Notes under the pieces: model-generated
The model's database searches: none
Seen by the model: only the letters and a program-made list of their open reading frames with translations
What the model was told of the DNA's origin: nothing
Part shown: positions 1-11,269 of the stretch, one piece after another
Position numbering within the stretch: position 1 is the stretch's first letter
How the letters are laid out: every line of letters begins with the position of its first letter
Source of the DNA: Lytechinus pictus
Lineage: Eukaryota
DNA length: 64,000 bases
Assembly (NCBI RefSeq): GCF_037042905.1
Contig: NC_087250.1
Span: 27,964,001-28,028,000 of the forward strand
Reading direction: 5' to 3'
Translations under genes and position numbers: made by a program

Positions 1-164
1 TTTCGGAAGTTCTAATCCCTTTTTTTCTGTCCAACCATACTTTTCCAGTGAAAGGACTTTAAAGTATTATTTGAATTAAAAAGTGATTTCTCCGTATTTT
101 TTTTCAAAAAATTAGTTAACTTATTAACTTTCTTTATAATTATCATTGAACTTTTCCTCCTGAT

Positions 165-296
165 AAGAGCCATTGATTTGATCAGCAGGAGTGCACTATT
201 TAGCCTCCTGCAGAAGATATAGGCTCCCCCAAGACTGTTCCATGGTCATGATGGATCTCACTCAAGAAATGTTGTACGGAAACGATGTCGCCCCTG
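165..296 (+). mobile_element. Decayed RTE-clade LINE fragment (RT region), left part; interrupted by the LTR element
   Basis: Translates to ...AIDLISRSALFSLLQKI*APPRL, resembling the RTE RT motif KAFDxVSRxxLxxxLxKxGCP. It continues after the LTR element. Confidence 0.6.
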
Positions 297-1283
297 TGTC
301 ACGTGGGAATTGACTTTTTTTAATTATTTATCTACTGCTGCTTGACGCCAAATAAGGAATACGTAAAACTGATGTATACAGTTAGTAAAAGATTTAATCA
401 AAGCTCTTAAATCATAGTGTGGTTTCCTTTGATATCTTTTACAATGATTTACATGGGAATATACATGGATATAACAATATAACTTAACTTAAACAATAGT
501 TGAATAGAGCCCACATCATCTGTTCTGGCTTGACATGCCCCACTCGGCCCTGGTGGTCGGTCCAGTTCCTGGCCTCCGCAGCTTGCGATGTCTCTTCCAC
601 TCGGCCTCGGCCTCCGCAGACAGTTGCCCCCTGATGAGTAGCCCTCAGATCAGAGATGTGGCTTCAACGAATTATTGGACGAGATCGAGCCCCCATCGAT
701 GACATGCATTTTGATCAATCATGTCGGTGGAGAACCGGTGGCAGCTGGGGTCGTTATCTCGTCACCGATGTAGTCCCTCAGTTCTAACTTCGACTGCCTA
801 GAGTAACATCTGTAGTCTGTTCTAGCTTAGGTGGTTCTCTCTGAATTACTGAAATTAACCTCCTAATATACCCTACCGTTACTAGGACTAACTGTAAGAT
901 TTCTATAAAGTAATTCAAAGAATTTCAATAACAGATGAGTGCATAAAGCAACACATTCCTATTATGTTATGTAATAAAAGCCATAAAAGACACTTCCTGT
1001 GTATCTATACATCTACACTCATCAATGCTAGATCACTTTTGGTTATTTACAACACCTGTATGAAAATGCTTCTCCTAAAGAAATATTTCGAACACCTGTA
1101 TAAAATATGACATAAACCTGGTACACTTGTACTCTAAGGGGGGGGGGGGGGGTATCAAGCGTTCCCAATGCTTGCTTTCAAAGTATTCAAAACATATAGA
1201 TACATGCTTGTCTACATGCCTACCCTAACCTGGACCAAATAACTCAACTGAAATACATCTGTAATTAAATTTCTATCCTGACA
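297..1283 (-). repeat. 3' LTR
   Basis: Near-identical to 4376-5363. I see 2 substitutions and a 1-nt poly-G length difference. Confidence 0.95.
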
Positions 1284-1297
1284 ATATCCCCCACCTT
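1284..1297 (-). other. Polypurine tract (PPT)
   Basis: Minus strand AAGGTGGGGGATAT immediately before the 3' LTR. Confidence 0.8.
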
Positions 1298-2599
1298 AAG
1301 ATAAAATTAAGGGAACCTGAATTATATCCAATAAAGAAATTTATAACAGAGTCTCCTTTAACAAGGTATTACTCAAATCTCTATCATAATGAAAAAGTTA
1401 ACTATCCATACTATTACGAATAATTCATTATCTATATTCAGTGATACATATAAAGATATATAAACATCCAAATATACATTTCAAGAGCTTATTCCAAATA
1501 AGTCATCTGTATTAAAGTTTTAAAACATATCGTCTTTTAAAGATGACAGTCTAAATGTCAATGTGTTTTGCAAAAGCTGTTTTGAATTAATTTTTACAAT
1601 CAAGTTAAAACTTGTTTAAGATAAAATAAAGAGAATTATCAAATTCAGTAAACTTTTTAACTTTTTTTTATAAAGTACAGTGCTTAAAAACTGCATGGTT
1701 TTAAACCAAAATCATTAAACTGTCTTAAAATTGTATTTTCTTAACAAAGTGAAATGATTTTTATATTGTGGTTTAAAATTCTACACAGAAATTTTTACAT
1801 CTTTTACAACTTTTAGACATTGCTTTGCTAAATCAAAATCAGTCTTTTTCCAAAATAAGTAGATCACTTTTCTTTAACATTTGAAAATTCAAAATGACAT
1901 TTCATATATAAAAACAAGATGTCTCATATCTGAGAGACAATATCTTTGACACAGGTATGTATATATGACATGCAAGATACGAGTTTTATTTTTCATTCAA
2001 GTACAATTTGTGTTTCAGAACACTTCTGAACCTGTCAAAATGCCGTATATAATTTCGCAAACTGTCAATTCAAATTTTAACTATACATTCAATATCATTT
2101 TAAAATTGACAATAATAAGCTGTTCTTCAAAATGGATTTTATTTTTTTTTAAGTGACTTACATATAGTCAAAACATTTCACAATTGAATAGTGTCATTAA
2201 AATGACTGAGTTTTTCATTTTAGAGCAATTAAAATGGCTTGTTATTTCAATTCTGTGAAATAACAAGATTTACGTTTTCTTATAACTACGTTTACAATCT
2301 TAAATCAACTTAACTAAAACCTATCGGCCCTAAACTAACCTATACTATGTATAACTAAGCCCTACCAAACACAGTTTCCTTAACCTAAAAGTTACAAAAC
2401 AGCGAAGAGCCCGTTGAAATGTGAACGCTGTGTGCTGGTTCCAGGGTTCCTGAAAGAAATGAGAAAACCTTCATGAAGTATCTGTCATGTAATAATCATA
2501 TACATGTATAAATGAAATAATTCATGTTTATATCATTTAAATGTAATTTGAAATGCTTTTTTAATCTTAACTACGTGTTTATTTAATTTATCAAATCCT

Positions 2600-2678
2600 A
2601 TGATGTTTTCTAAGCGCCTTGAGCATGTGACCAAAAGTGTATAAGACGTTGTATAAATCCTAAATATTAATATTATTA
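2600..2678 (+). mobile_element. L2-type LINE/SINE 3' tail fragment inside the LTR element interior
   Basis: taagcgccttgagcat...gtataaat...tattaatattatta resembles the L2-type tails at 27180-27243 and 43370-43428. Confidence 0.45.
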
Positions 2679-4354
2679 AAGTATAGTTTTTGTTAAATTC
2701 GAACTATTGGATATGTACCAATAGAAGTTCTTTATTACATATATTTTTTTTTATTTAAAATTCGCACTCTCTCTCATTTTGTCACCTGACAGAGCCAGTG
2801 AGACAAAACTAAATAAATTCCATCTACTAAAGCCTATTTCCTCACCAAAAGTTATAAACCTATAACCTGCTTTAATGAATTATATAATGAGTAAACATTA
2901 AAATCTGACAAGATTTAAATATTCTCTTGGCTTTCAGTTTTCACATAAACCTGGCAACCAATGCCTGAACCCCTAGTGCCTTCCAGTAAGCACACTAGAA
3001 CGTACCTCCCAATGAGCGTACAAAATTCAACCATGCGAAACACCTATCCACCATACGCAATATCTAAAGCCTATCAAATGCAATATCGCCTATCAAAAAA
3101 AGACAATTTCCTCTTAATCTGTTATTTTGAACTTCTGTGCAATAAAAATTGGCAAAATCCTTTCCACATGGCGTCCAACGCCCATGATCAAATACCCTAG
3201 ACCATGTGGACGGTTTCTCGCGCTTAGCTGAGAGCCATATCCAAACATGCGAAACACCACCAATTCAATGCAATATAATTTAGTATCCATAAACCGCTTA
3301 ATTATAAGCCTCCACATAAAACCTGACATCCAATGTCAAACCTAGAGCCTCCCATTGAGCACCCTAACGTGTATCTCCTAGCGAGCATACACAAACCATG
3401 TGAACAACTTCTCTAATCAAAGCACATGCGATACAAATATTCGATCAGAAATCCAAAGTTCCAAATATGAGATCAATAATCTGTATTATATTTCATCCAA
3501 GCAAATTTAAGTCTAAAAAGCAATAGACTACTGAAGACATTAGACCAAGGAAAGGGGGTTATTAAGGGGGTTTTTTTAGCGGAAGAAACAATTAACCATC
3601 AATATGTGTCCATCGATCTCCATTCTACATGCCTCCAACAAGGCCCATTTCCCTACCTAACGTGGAATTTTTTTTGTTCAATGCTAGCCTTAGCGGCTAT
3701 TAACTATAGATTCCAACAAATTCAAATATCCTAACAGGCTTTAACCATCCGCATAAACAAAGCAAAAGCTTTAACACCTGGCAACACATGCCAAACCCTA
3801 GTGCTTTTTAGCAAGCACACTAGAATGTATCTCCCAATGAGCATACAATTAAACCATGCGGAACCACACCAATCCACTTCACACAAGAGGATTCAAAGCC
3901 TAGTCAAATTCAACACTGGAATCTATCCAAGCACGTAAACTTGTATCATTCAATACTTGCTACCATGCCAACGAGTTACCCATAAGAATAGACAGTAATG
4001 TGAAATAAGAACAAACAGTTCTTCCCGACATATCCTTTATCCTAACGACCAACAGCCAACTATATACCATAGCATCAAAACAGGGTCTGCTTTCCCTAAA
4101 TGCTGTTTACCCGGCCGAAAAAAAGGTATCATATATTTTCCTACCGAAAATTTCTCACAATAATTCACTGTACTATCCAAATGTAAATTCAAGCATAGCA
4201 AGTATGATTAGTACCAAGGATTCAATGCACACCTTGGGGAGAAATACTTTTAAGAGCTATTACCAATAGACCCATCAATAAAGTATCCATTCGGAAAGAT
4301 GACCACAGATTAATTTCTTTCCGAAATAATTTTGAATTATTTCAAGCAGCAGTG

Positions 4355-4372
4355 ATCTCGGTGGGACCTCCA
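4355..4372 (-). other. Primer binding site complementary to the tRNA-Gln 3' end
   Basis: Minus strand TGGAGGTCCCACCGAGAT, 3 nt from the 5' LTR. The plus strand ATCTCGGTGGGACCT-CCA matches the 3' end of metazoan tRNA-Gln as I recall it. Confidence 0.85.
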
Positions 4373-4375
4373 AAT

Positions 4376-5363
4376 TGTCACGTGGGAATTGACTTTTTTT
4401 AATTATTTATCTACTGCTGCTTGACGCCAAATAAGGAATACGTAAAACTGATGTATACAGTTAGTAAAAGATTTAATCAAAGCTCTTAAATCATATTGTG
4501 GTTTCCTTTGATATCTTTTACAATGATTTACATGGGAATATACATGGATATAACAATATAACTTAACTTAAACAATAGTTGAATAGAGCCCACATCATCT
4601 GTTCTGGCTTGACATGCCCCACTCGGCCCTGGTGGTCGGTCCAGTTCCTGGCCTCCGCAGCTTGCGATGTCTCTTCCACTCGGCCTCGGCCTCCGCAGAC
4701 AGTTGCCCCCTGATGAGTAGCCCTCAGATCAGAGATGTGGCTTCAACGAATTATTGGACGAGATCGAGCCCCCATCGATGACATGCATTTTGATCAATCA
4801 TGTCGGTGGAGAACCGGTGGCAGCTGGGGTCGTTATCTCGTCACCGATGTAGTCCCTCAGTTCTAACTTCGACTGCCTAGAGTAACATCTGTAGTCTGTT
4901 CTAGCTTAGGTGGTTCTCTCTGAATTACTGAAATTAACCTCCTAATATACCCTACCGTTACTAGGACTAACTGTAAGATTTCTATAAAGTAATTCAAAGA
5001 ATTTCGATAACAGATGAGTGCATAAAGCAACACATTCCTATTATGTTATGTAATAAAAGCCATAAAAGACACTTCCTGTGTATCTATACATCTACACTCA
5101 TCAATGCTAGATCACTTTTGGTTATTTACAACACCTGTATGAAAATGCTTCTCCTAAAGAAATATTTCGAACACCTGTATAAAATATGACATAAACCTGG
5201 TACACTTGTACTCTAAGGGGGGGGGGGGGGGGTATCAAGCGTTCCCAATGCTTGCTTTCAAAGTATTCAAAACATATAGATACATGCTTGTCTACATGCC
5301 TACCCTAACCTGGACCAAATAACTCAACTGAAATACATCTGTAATTAAATTTCTATCCTGACA
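4376..5363 (-). repeat. 5' LTR
   Basis: Direct repeat of 297-1283, followed on the minus strand by the PBS. Confidence 0.95.
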
Positions 5364-5368
5364 CCCTG

Positions 5369-5999
5369 CCTCTCAAGAGGTGAGAGTACAAGACCTAGTC
5401 ATACATAACAGCTGCCTGTCCTGTGCATGTAATGAGTTTGGATCACCCATTAGCCTGTGAGACAGAAATCCTGATCGACTCAAGACACTGACTGTCCTCC
5501 AGATATCTATATCAACAGCACGCACTCGTCTGTTTGTGGTGGACTCCTCACCTACCATGGATCGACTACATACATGTAGCTCCCTTTCACTGGACAAGTA
5601 TATAAGCAACGGGATAGTAAAATCTGTCAGTCATTCCAAGCTCCTGAAAACGTACGCCGACCAAGAAAAGCGGCTAAACACCTTCCATGTCAGCTGCCTT
5701 GGACGTATTATGCACATTAAATGGCAGGACAAAGTTAAAAATACAGACGCCCTTCAGCGTAAGTGCTGGCATCCCCAGCTTATTCTCGCTCCTTAGTCAA
5801 AGGCACCTCAAGTGGTTGGGGCATGTTCGCCGCATGAAACCTTGGCGAATCCCTTCTTGGATTCGCCAAGGTACACTGTAAGGTGAGCTGTGTGATTGGT
5901 CTCACCCCCATCGGTAGATCACACCTCCGTTATAGAGACACCTGCAAATGTGACATAAAACTTGCCGGCATAGACAAGAACACTTGTGAAGATGTAGCT
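5369..5999 (+). mobile_element. Decayed RTE-clade LINE, C-terminal ORF remnant
   Basis: EKRLNTFHVSCLGRIMHIKWQDKVKNTDAL, LKWLGHVRRM and LRYRDTCKCD match the RTE post-RT motifs also seen in 60838-61437. Frameshifted. Confidence 0.85.
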
Positions 6000-6045
6000 T
6001 ATTCTCGCTCCTTAGTCAAAGGCACCTCAAGTGGTTGGGGCATGT

Positions 6046-9000
6046 ATCACTATTCCAGAGTCAGTTAATGTCAGTACAAATACTACCCACCGAAACATTG
6101 CTTATATTCATGGTTTATACTACCAAGAATTACGTGGTAATGGCCTTAAGATCGCCCATTTAAATGTTAACAGCCTACTAAGACACATTGAAGAAGTGAG
6201 AACATTTGTTAAGACTAACAAGGTTCAGGTATTCGCAATTAATGAAACCAAAATAGATGAATCTATCTATGATAAAGAAATTATGATTGACGATTACAAT
6301 TTGGTTCGTAAAGACAGAGTTCGACAGGAAGGTGGAGTAGCCATTTATCTCCACAAATCATTACATTTTGAAAAAAATATTCATGAATTCCTTGATGATT
6401 TAGAAGCACTTGTTATTAAGATTTATCTCAAGTTTTCAAAACCTCTCATCGTATCAACTTGGTATAGACCACCATCCTCAGATATTGGAATCTTTAATTT
6501 GTATGAAAGATTTCTAAGCGTTATTGACACAATGAATTGTGATATAGTTATAGCAGGTGACGTAAACTGTGATATCCTAGCTAAACCCTTATCAAGCATG
6601 ACCAAGAAATATATTGATATAAATAATGTTTATTCTCTGGTCCAAGTTAATACCAAAGAAGCAACAAGAATCACTAATCTTTCTGCTACATTGATTGATC
6701 ACCTATTAACAAACAACACCAAAAACGTAGTGAATCATGGTGTAATTCATAACGGAATGAGTGACCATTCGATTAGCTTCCTGACCTGGAACTCTAAGAT
6801 TTGTGCTCAGCCAAAATTTATCACTTTCAGAAGTTGCAGCAAGCTCAATATTGATGACTTTAGAAATGATATTCGTAAACAGAATTGGGAAAGTATAGAT
6901 CAATGTAATTCAGTTGATGATGCTGTCGATTTATGGCAAAATATGTTTTTACAAGTTGTTGACAAACACATGCCAAATCGTTCAAAAAGAATAAGTACAA
7001 AGGGTTCTCCTTGGATGAATGCAAATATTTGTAAACTCATGAAAAAACGTGACAAACTTAAAAGAAAAGCTTGCAAACTGAAAGATGATAAACTTATGTG
7101 CGAGTACAGAATATTACGAAATAAGGTAACAAATGAAGTAAGGAAATCAAAGAAACGGTATTACTCTGATAAATTTACAAATCTTAAGGTAAACCCAAAA
7201 CAGACTTGGAAAACCTTAAAGTCCATTATTCCGAATAAAAAACGTGAAAATCTCACAGCTTCGTCTAATTCGGATTGTAATACTGAAACTGCTAACCTAT
7301 TCAACACTTACTTTGCAAATGTAGGGAGACAATTAGCCAGTGAAATACCCGATATGAACCTCCATACAGAAGATGGTAATTATACATATGATACTTTTGC
7401 ATTCACTCAGGTGAACGAACATGATGTTTTGAAAATCATAAGAAATCTTAAAAACACTAAGTCAGTCGGTATTGATAAGATATCTGTCTTTGTCTTGAAG
7501 GCATGCTCTATGGAGATATCAATGAGTATTGCTAAGTTGATTAATTTATCTTTGTCAAGCGGTATATTTCCGCAACAATGGAAACAAGCTAAGATTATCC
7601 CAATTCACAAAGGTGGCGATAAAAATTCTCCTTCGAATTATAGGCCCATCTCAATTTTGCCCTGCGTATCTAAAATACTGGAAAGGGTTGTCCAACGGCA
7701 AGTTTTAGATTTTTTTGCGAAATAATGATATTCTGACACCTGCCCAATCCGGTTTTCGGCCAAGGCACTCAACCATTACCACTCTCCTAAAGGTAACCAA
7801 TGACTGGTTCCACTCAATCGATCTTAAACATTACATTGGGGCCGTCTTCGTCGATTTAAAAAAAGCATTCGACACCGTGAACTGTGATATTCTTTTGAAA
7901 AAAATGAATAACTTAGGTATTTCTGGCACACCATCCTTATGGTTTCGAAGTTACATGTCAAACCGGGTTTGTAGGACTCTTATCAATTCGGAACTCTCTT
8001 ATGAATCAGTTATTAACTGCAGTGTGCCCCAGGGATCCCTCCTGGGGCCACTCTGCTCTTTATTTTATATGTCAATGATCTAGTGAAATGTATTAATACA
8101 TGTCATATCCAATTGTATGCGGATGACACCGTTTTCTATTTTTCACACCCCTCCATAGATAGAATCAACGAGGCCCTAAACTCAGATTTAGAAAATATGT
8201 ACCAATGGATGTGCCAGAATAAGTTAAGTGTTAACTGTCAAAAAACGGTCTGTATGCTCATCGGAAGCAAGAGTATGACTTCTAAACAAAATGTCCTTCA
8301 TGTTTCCTTAAATAATACCCCATTAGAACAAGTTCATCATGTCAAATACCTAGGCATCATAGTTGATGATTATTTGAATTTTAACTTGCATATAGACAAC
8401 ATGTTGCAAAAAATAGGTCAATTAGTCGGCTTTCTGGGAAGATTGCGGCGATCCTTAAGTGAATCGATCCTGAAATTAATATATAGTTCATTGATCCTCC
8501 CCTACTTTGATTATGGTGACGTTGTTTACGATGCATCCTTTAGGAAATACACAGACCGCCTTCAAAAACTGCAAAACAGAGCAGGTCGTATTATACTCCA
8601 AATTAAACCCGAATCTCATATATCTATTTTGGAAATGCATGATACACTAAATTGGCAATTGTTGGACAAAAGAAGAAACGATCATTCCCTTATTCTCATG
8701 TATAAGATCATGAATAATCTATCTCCAAAATATTTAAGAAATGAATTTGAGTTAGTATCACATACGTATCCCTCCCGTTTCGGAACCAAATTTAAATTAC
8801 CAAAACCAAGAACAAATTACCTCCAAAGATCCTTCAAGTATAAAAGCGCCATGGCTTATAATTCCCTTCCTCTTCACATCAAATCATCCCCTAGTATTCA
8901 TATTTTCAAATCTAAGATTGTTGATCTGTAGCACATGGACTCCGGTACCCCCCCCCCCATTCCCTGTTAGGTTTGCGCCCCTTATTATTTTTTTTTTTAT

Positions 9001-9229
9001 GTTTTATCTAAATATGTTTACTGTTGATATTTACATTTTCATTTATCTTCTGTACATCTGCTATTCAAATGTGGTTTATTTGTGTCTAAATTATACGTTA
9101 ATGTTAAATGTTATGGACCCCACGGAAGACCAGCGCTACTGTGCCAGTCACGCTGAATGTGGGCTATACACCGTATTTTATTGTATATAATTGTGCTTTT
9201 AATACGGAAATAAATACTACTACTACTAC
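6046..9229 (+). mobile_element. CR1/L2-group (Crack-like) LINE, 5'-truncated, near-complete ORF2 (APE endonuclease + RT), 2 frameshifts, (TAC)n tail
   Basis: ORFs 6031-7725, 7715-8083 and 8083-8931. EN motifs: HLNVNSL, NETKID, GDVNCD, SDH. RT motifs: NYRPISILP, QSGFRP, DLKKAFD, PQGSLLGP, YADD. AATAAA plus (TAC)5 at 9209-9229. Confidence 0.92.
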
Positions 9230-9450
9230 ATGATAGTCGCCATTCTATGGAGAGCTACTAAGTACAGGGGTCAAGACGTCAGAAAATAATCGGAATGCTA
9301 AATTGGCAGACCAAAGACCTAGGAGGAAGGCTAGGGCAGCATCTCTATATAAACCTGTCTCAGCGCCATCTTCCTTCATCTGTACAAATTTGCTATAGCT
9401 ACTGCCACTCTAGAGCGGAGCTCTACAGTCACTCTCGAAATTGTAAGACC
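9230..9450 (+). mobile_element. 3' end of the decayed RTE element, resumed after the CR1/L2 insertion
   Basis: Continues EDVA|DSRH... to a degenerate C2H2-like end (FICT..CHSRA.LYSHSRNCK). Confidence 0.6.
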
Positions 9451-9779
9451 TAGCGCTACACAATCGTCTTTTAAGAGGAACTGATACCTTCCAATCATTG
9501 GACACATTGATTTAGAAAAAAATATTGAGAAAACTCTTTCAAATTCAAATAAGACTCTAAAGCTTCTTCAGTACAAAAGTATGGATGGACACTAAAAAAA
9601 ATAAAAATGAACGCGAAATGGATCATAGCCCAAACCTAAAGAGGATTCGTTCTAAGGTGAGCAGTTAATGTCGAAAACTGACATCTCAGATGTGACTTCC
9701 CCTTATACTAAAAACTGAGAATTAATACAAGAAATGGGTATTCTTACTGAAATCCCTTTACATTAGCTCTTACACGCAT

Positions 9780-10430
9780 AAGCCTCAGAAAGTAATTTTT
9801 TCAAGATCGCAGTTGGTGGCCATCTTGGATTTGATCTGAAGATTATCCTTTTAGGCAAAATTACAGCATAAATTGAATCAACATACCAAATGACTCATGA
9901 ATAGAGTTATATTCAGGATTCTGGGGCAAAGGGTTAAACAATTAGTTTTTCAAGATGTCGTCATATGGCGGCCATCTTGGATTTGACATGAAGATGACAT
10001 TATATAGCAAAAAAGACAGCATAAATGGATTCTACACACCCCAAAACCCCTAAACAAAGGTATTACTCATTATTCTGGGGCAAGGGGTTCAACTTTAATT
10101 TTTCAAGATGGCATCTGGCGGCCATCTTGGATTTGACCTGTAGATGACCTTATATTGCAAAAATGATTCCAGAAATCGGTTCTACACATCTCTAAACCCC
10201 TAAAACGACTCATTACTCATCATTTTGTGAAAAGGGGTTTAAAAGTTAGGTTTTCAAGATGGCATCTGGCGGCCATTTTGGATTTATGCAAATTAGCAAA
10301 ATTGCCCAAACGGCAACTTTGGGCAACCAGGCTGAATTTGTTCTAGGACCCCAAAGGAACACGAATCAAGAAGAAAACTTCATCGGAAAGAACATGTCTA
10401 GGTTTGGAAAATGTCAAATCGACTATAAGA
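9780..10430. repeat. Tandem array of ~4 degenerate ~140-150-bp units, probably part of a non-autonomous element
   Basis: ttttcaagatggc...ggcggccatcttggatttga recurs at ~9800, 9950, 10100 and 10250. Confidence 0.7.
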
Positions 10431-10573
10431 GATGCAGTGTGAAACGAAAGTGGGCTAAGGAGGAAAAGTGGGGCTAAGCATTAACCAATCACAAAAGTCG
10501 AAATTGCACGTTAATCGCGTTCTGTGTGATAAAATCATCAATATTCATGAGCTGTGTGATAGTTCGGGGTTAA

Positions 10574-10945
10574 AGGAAACCAAATCCCAAGAAGAGAAGT
10601 AATCTTATTGGAAAGAGTAAAATGGGAGGAACAATAAAAAAAAGTTTCATCAAAATCGGTTATGAAATAAGCAAGTTATGGGAGTTTGAAAACTCTTGTT
10701 TTACTTTCTATGGACATCCTCAAATTGGCAAACGTGCTTCAAAATGACTGATTTTGTGGACAACTCTCCATTTGTTTTGTACACAAATTTTCTGATTTTC
10801 CTAATTATCTTTCAAATTGCATCTTGCCTCCTTCTGAGCACAACATATGTCATGGGAAAATATGGGTCAGGAGGAGATAATGTGAAATATGTAAAATAAT
10901 GGGGAAAATATGAAAATATGTGTACAAAACAAATGGAGAGAAATG
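10574..10945. mobile_element. Truncated TTAA-flanked (Kolobok-type) MITE
   Basis: Starts TTAA|AGGAAACC and shares the tttcatcaaaatcgg...aagttatg motif with the complete copies. Confidence 0.55.
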
Positions 10946-11269
10946 GGAATTAGTTGTTGTTTGAGCTTCTCTTTTAAATTACATTATCTTTCCCTTCCAT
11001 TTACCACATTTTTGAATTGTCTCTCTATTTTCTAATTCATCGGAGTTTTATTTACCCTTGATTACCTATTATTAAACTTTTACCCGTTTTTTTTTTTAGT
11101 ATACTGTTATCAGCTTCTTCATTGTTTTGTCATCTTATGCCTCTTAATTCTTGTTTAACTGCTTGTAATTTATTTAGTTATTTCACTTGTTATTTGTTAT
11201 TTCACTGATTTAGTTCAATATAAATGCAACATGTTTTTCTTTTTAATGTCCGCTACTGATGGTCTGAAA

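Larger units (their letters stand above)
297..5363 (-). mobile_element. Intact non-autonomous LTR retrotransposon (two ~988-bp LTRs, ~3.1-kb non-coding interior)
   Basis: Direct repeats 297-1283 and 4376-5363, both TGTCA...TGACA. 5-bp TSD CCCTG at 292-296 and 5364-5368. PBS and PPT place it on the minus strand. No gag/pol ORF. Confidence 0.95.

Noticed and set aside
626..690. Hammerhead ribozyme in the LTR (retrozyme-like), prompted by CTGATGAG at 631-638
   Set aside because: The downstream core reads CGAAT rather than GAAA, I cannot build stems I and III, and the motif is antisense to the element's transcription direction.
4355..4372. tRNA-Gln gene
   Set aside because: Only the 3' 18 nt including CCA are present, adjacent to an LTR, so it is a PBS.
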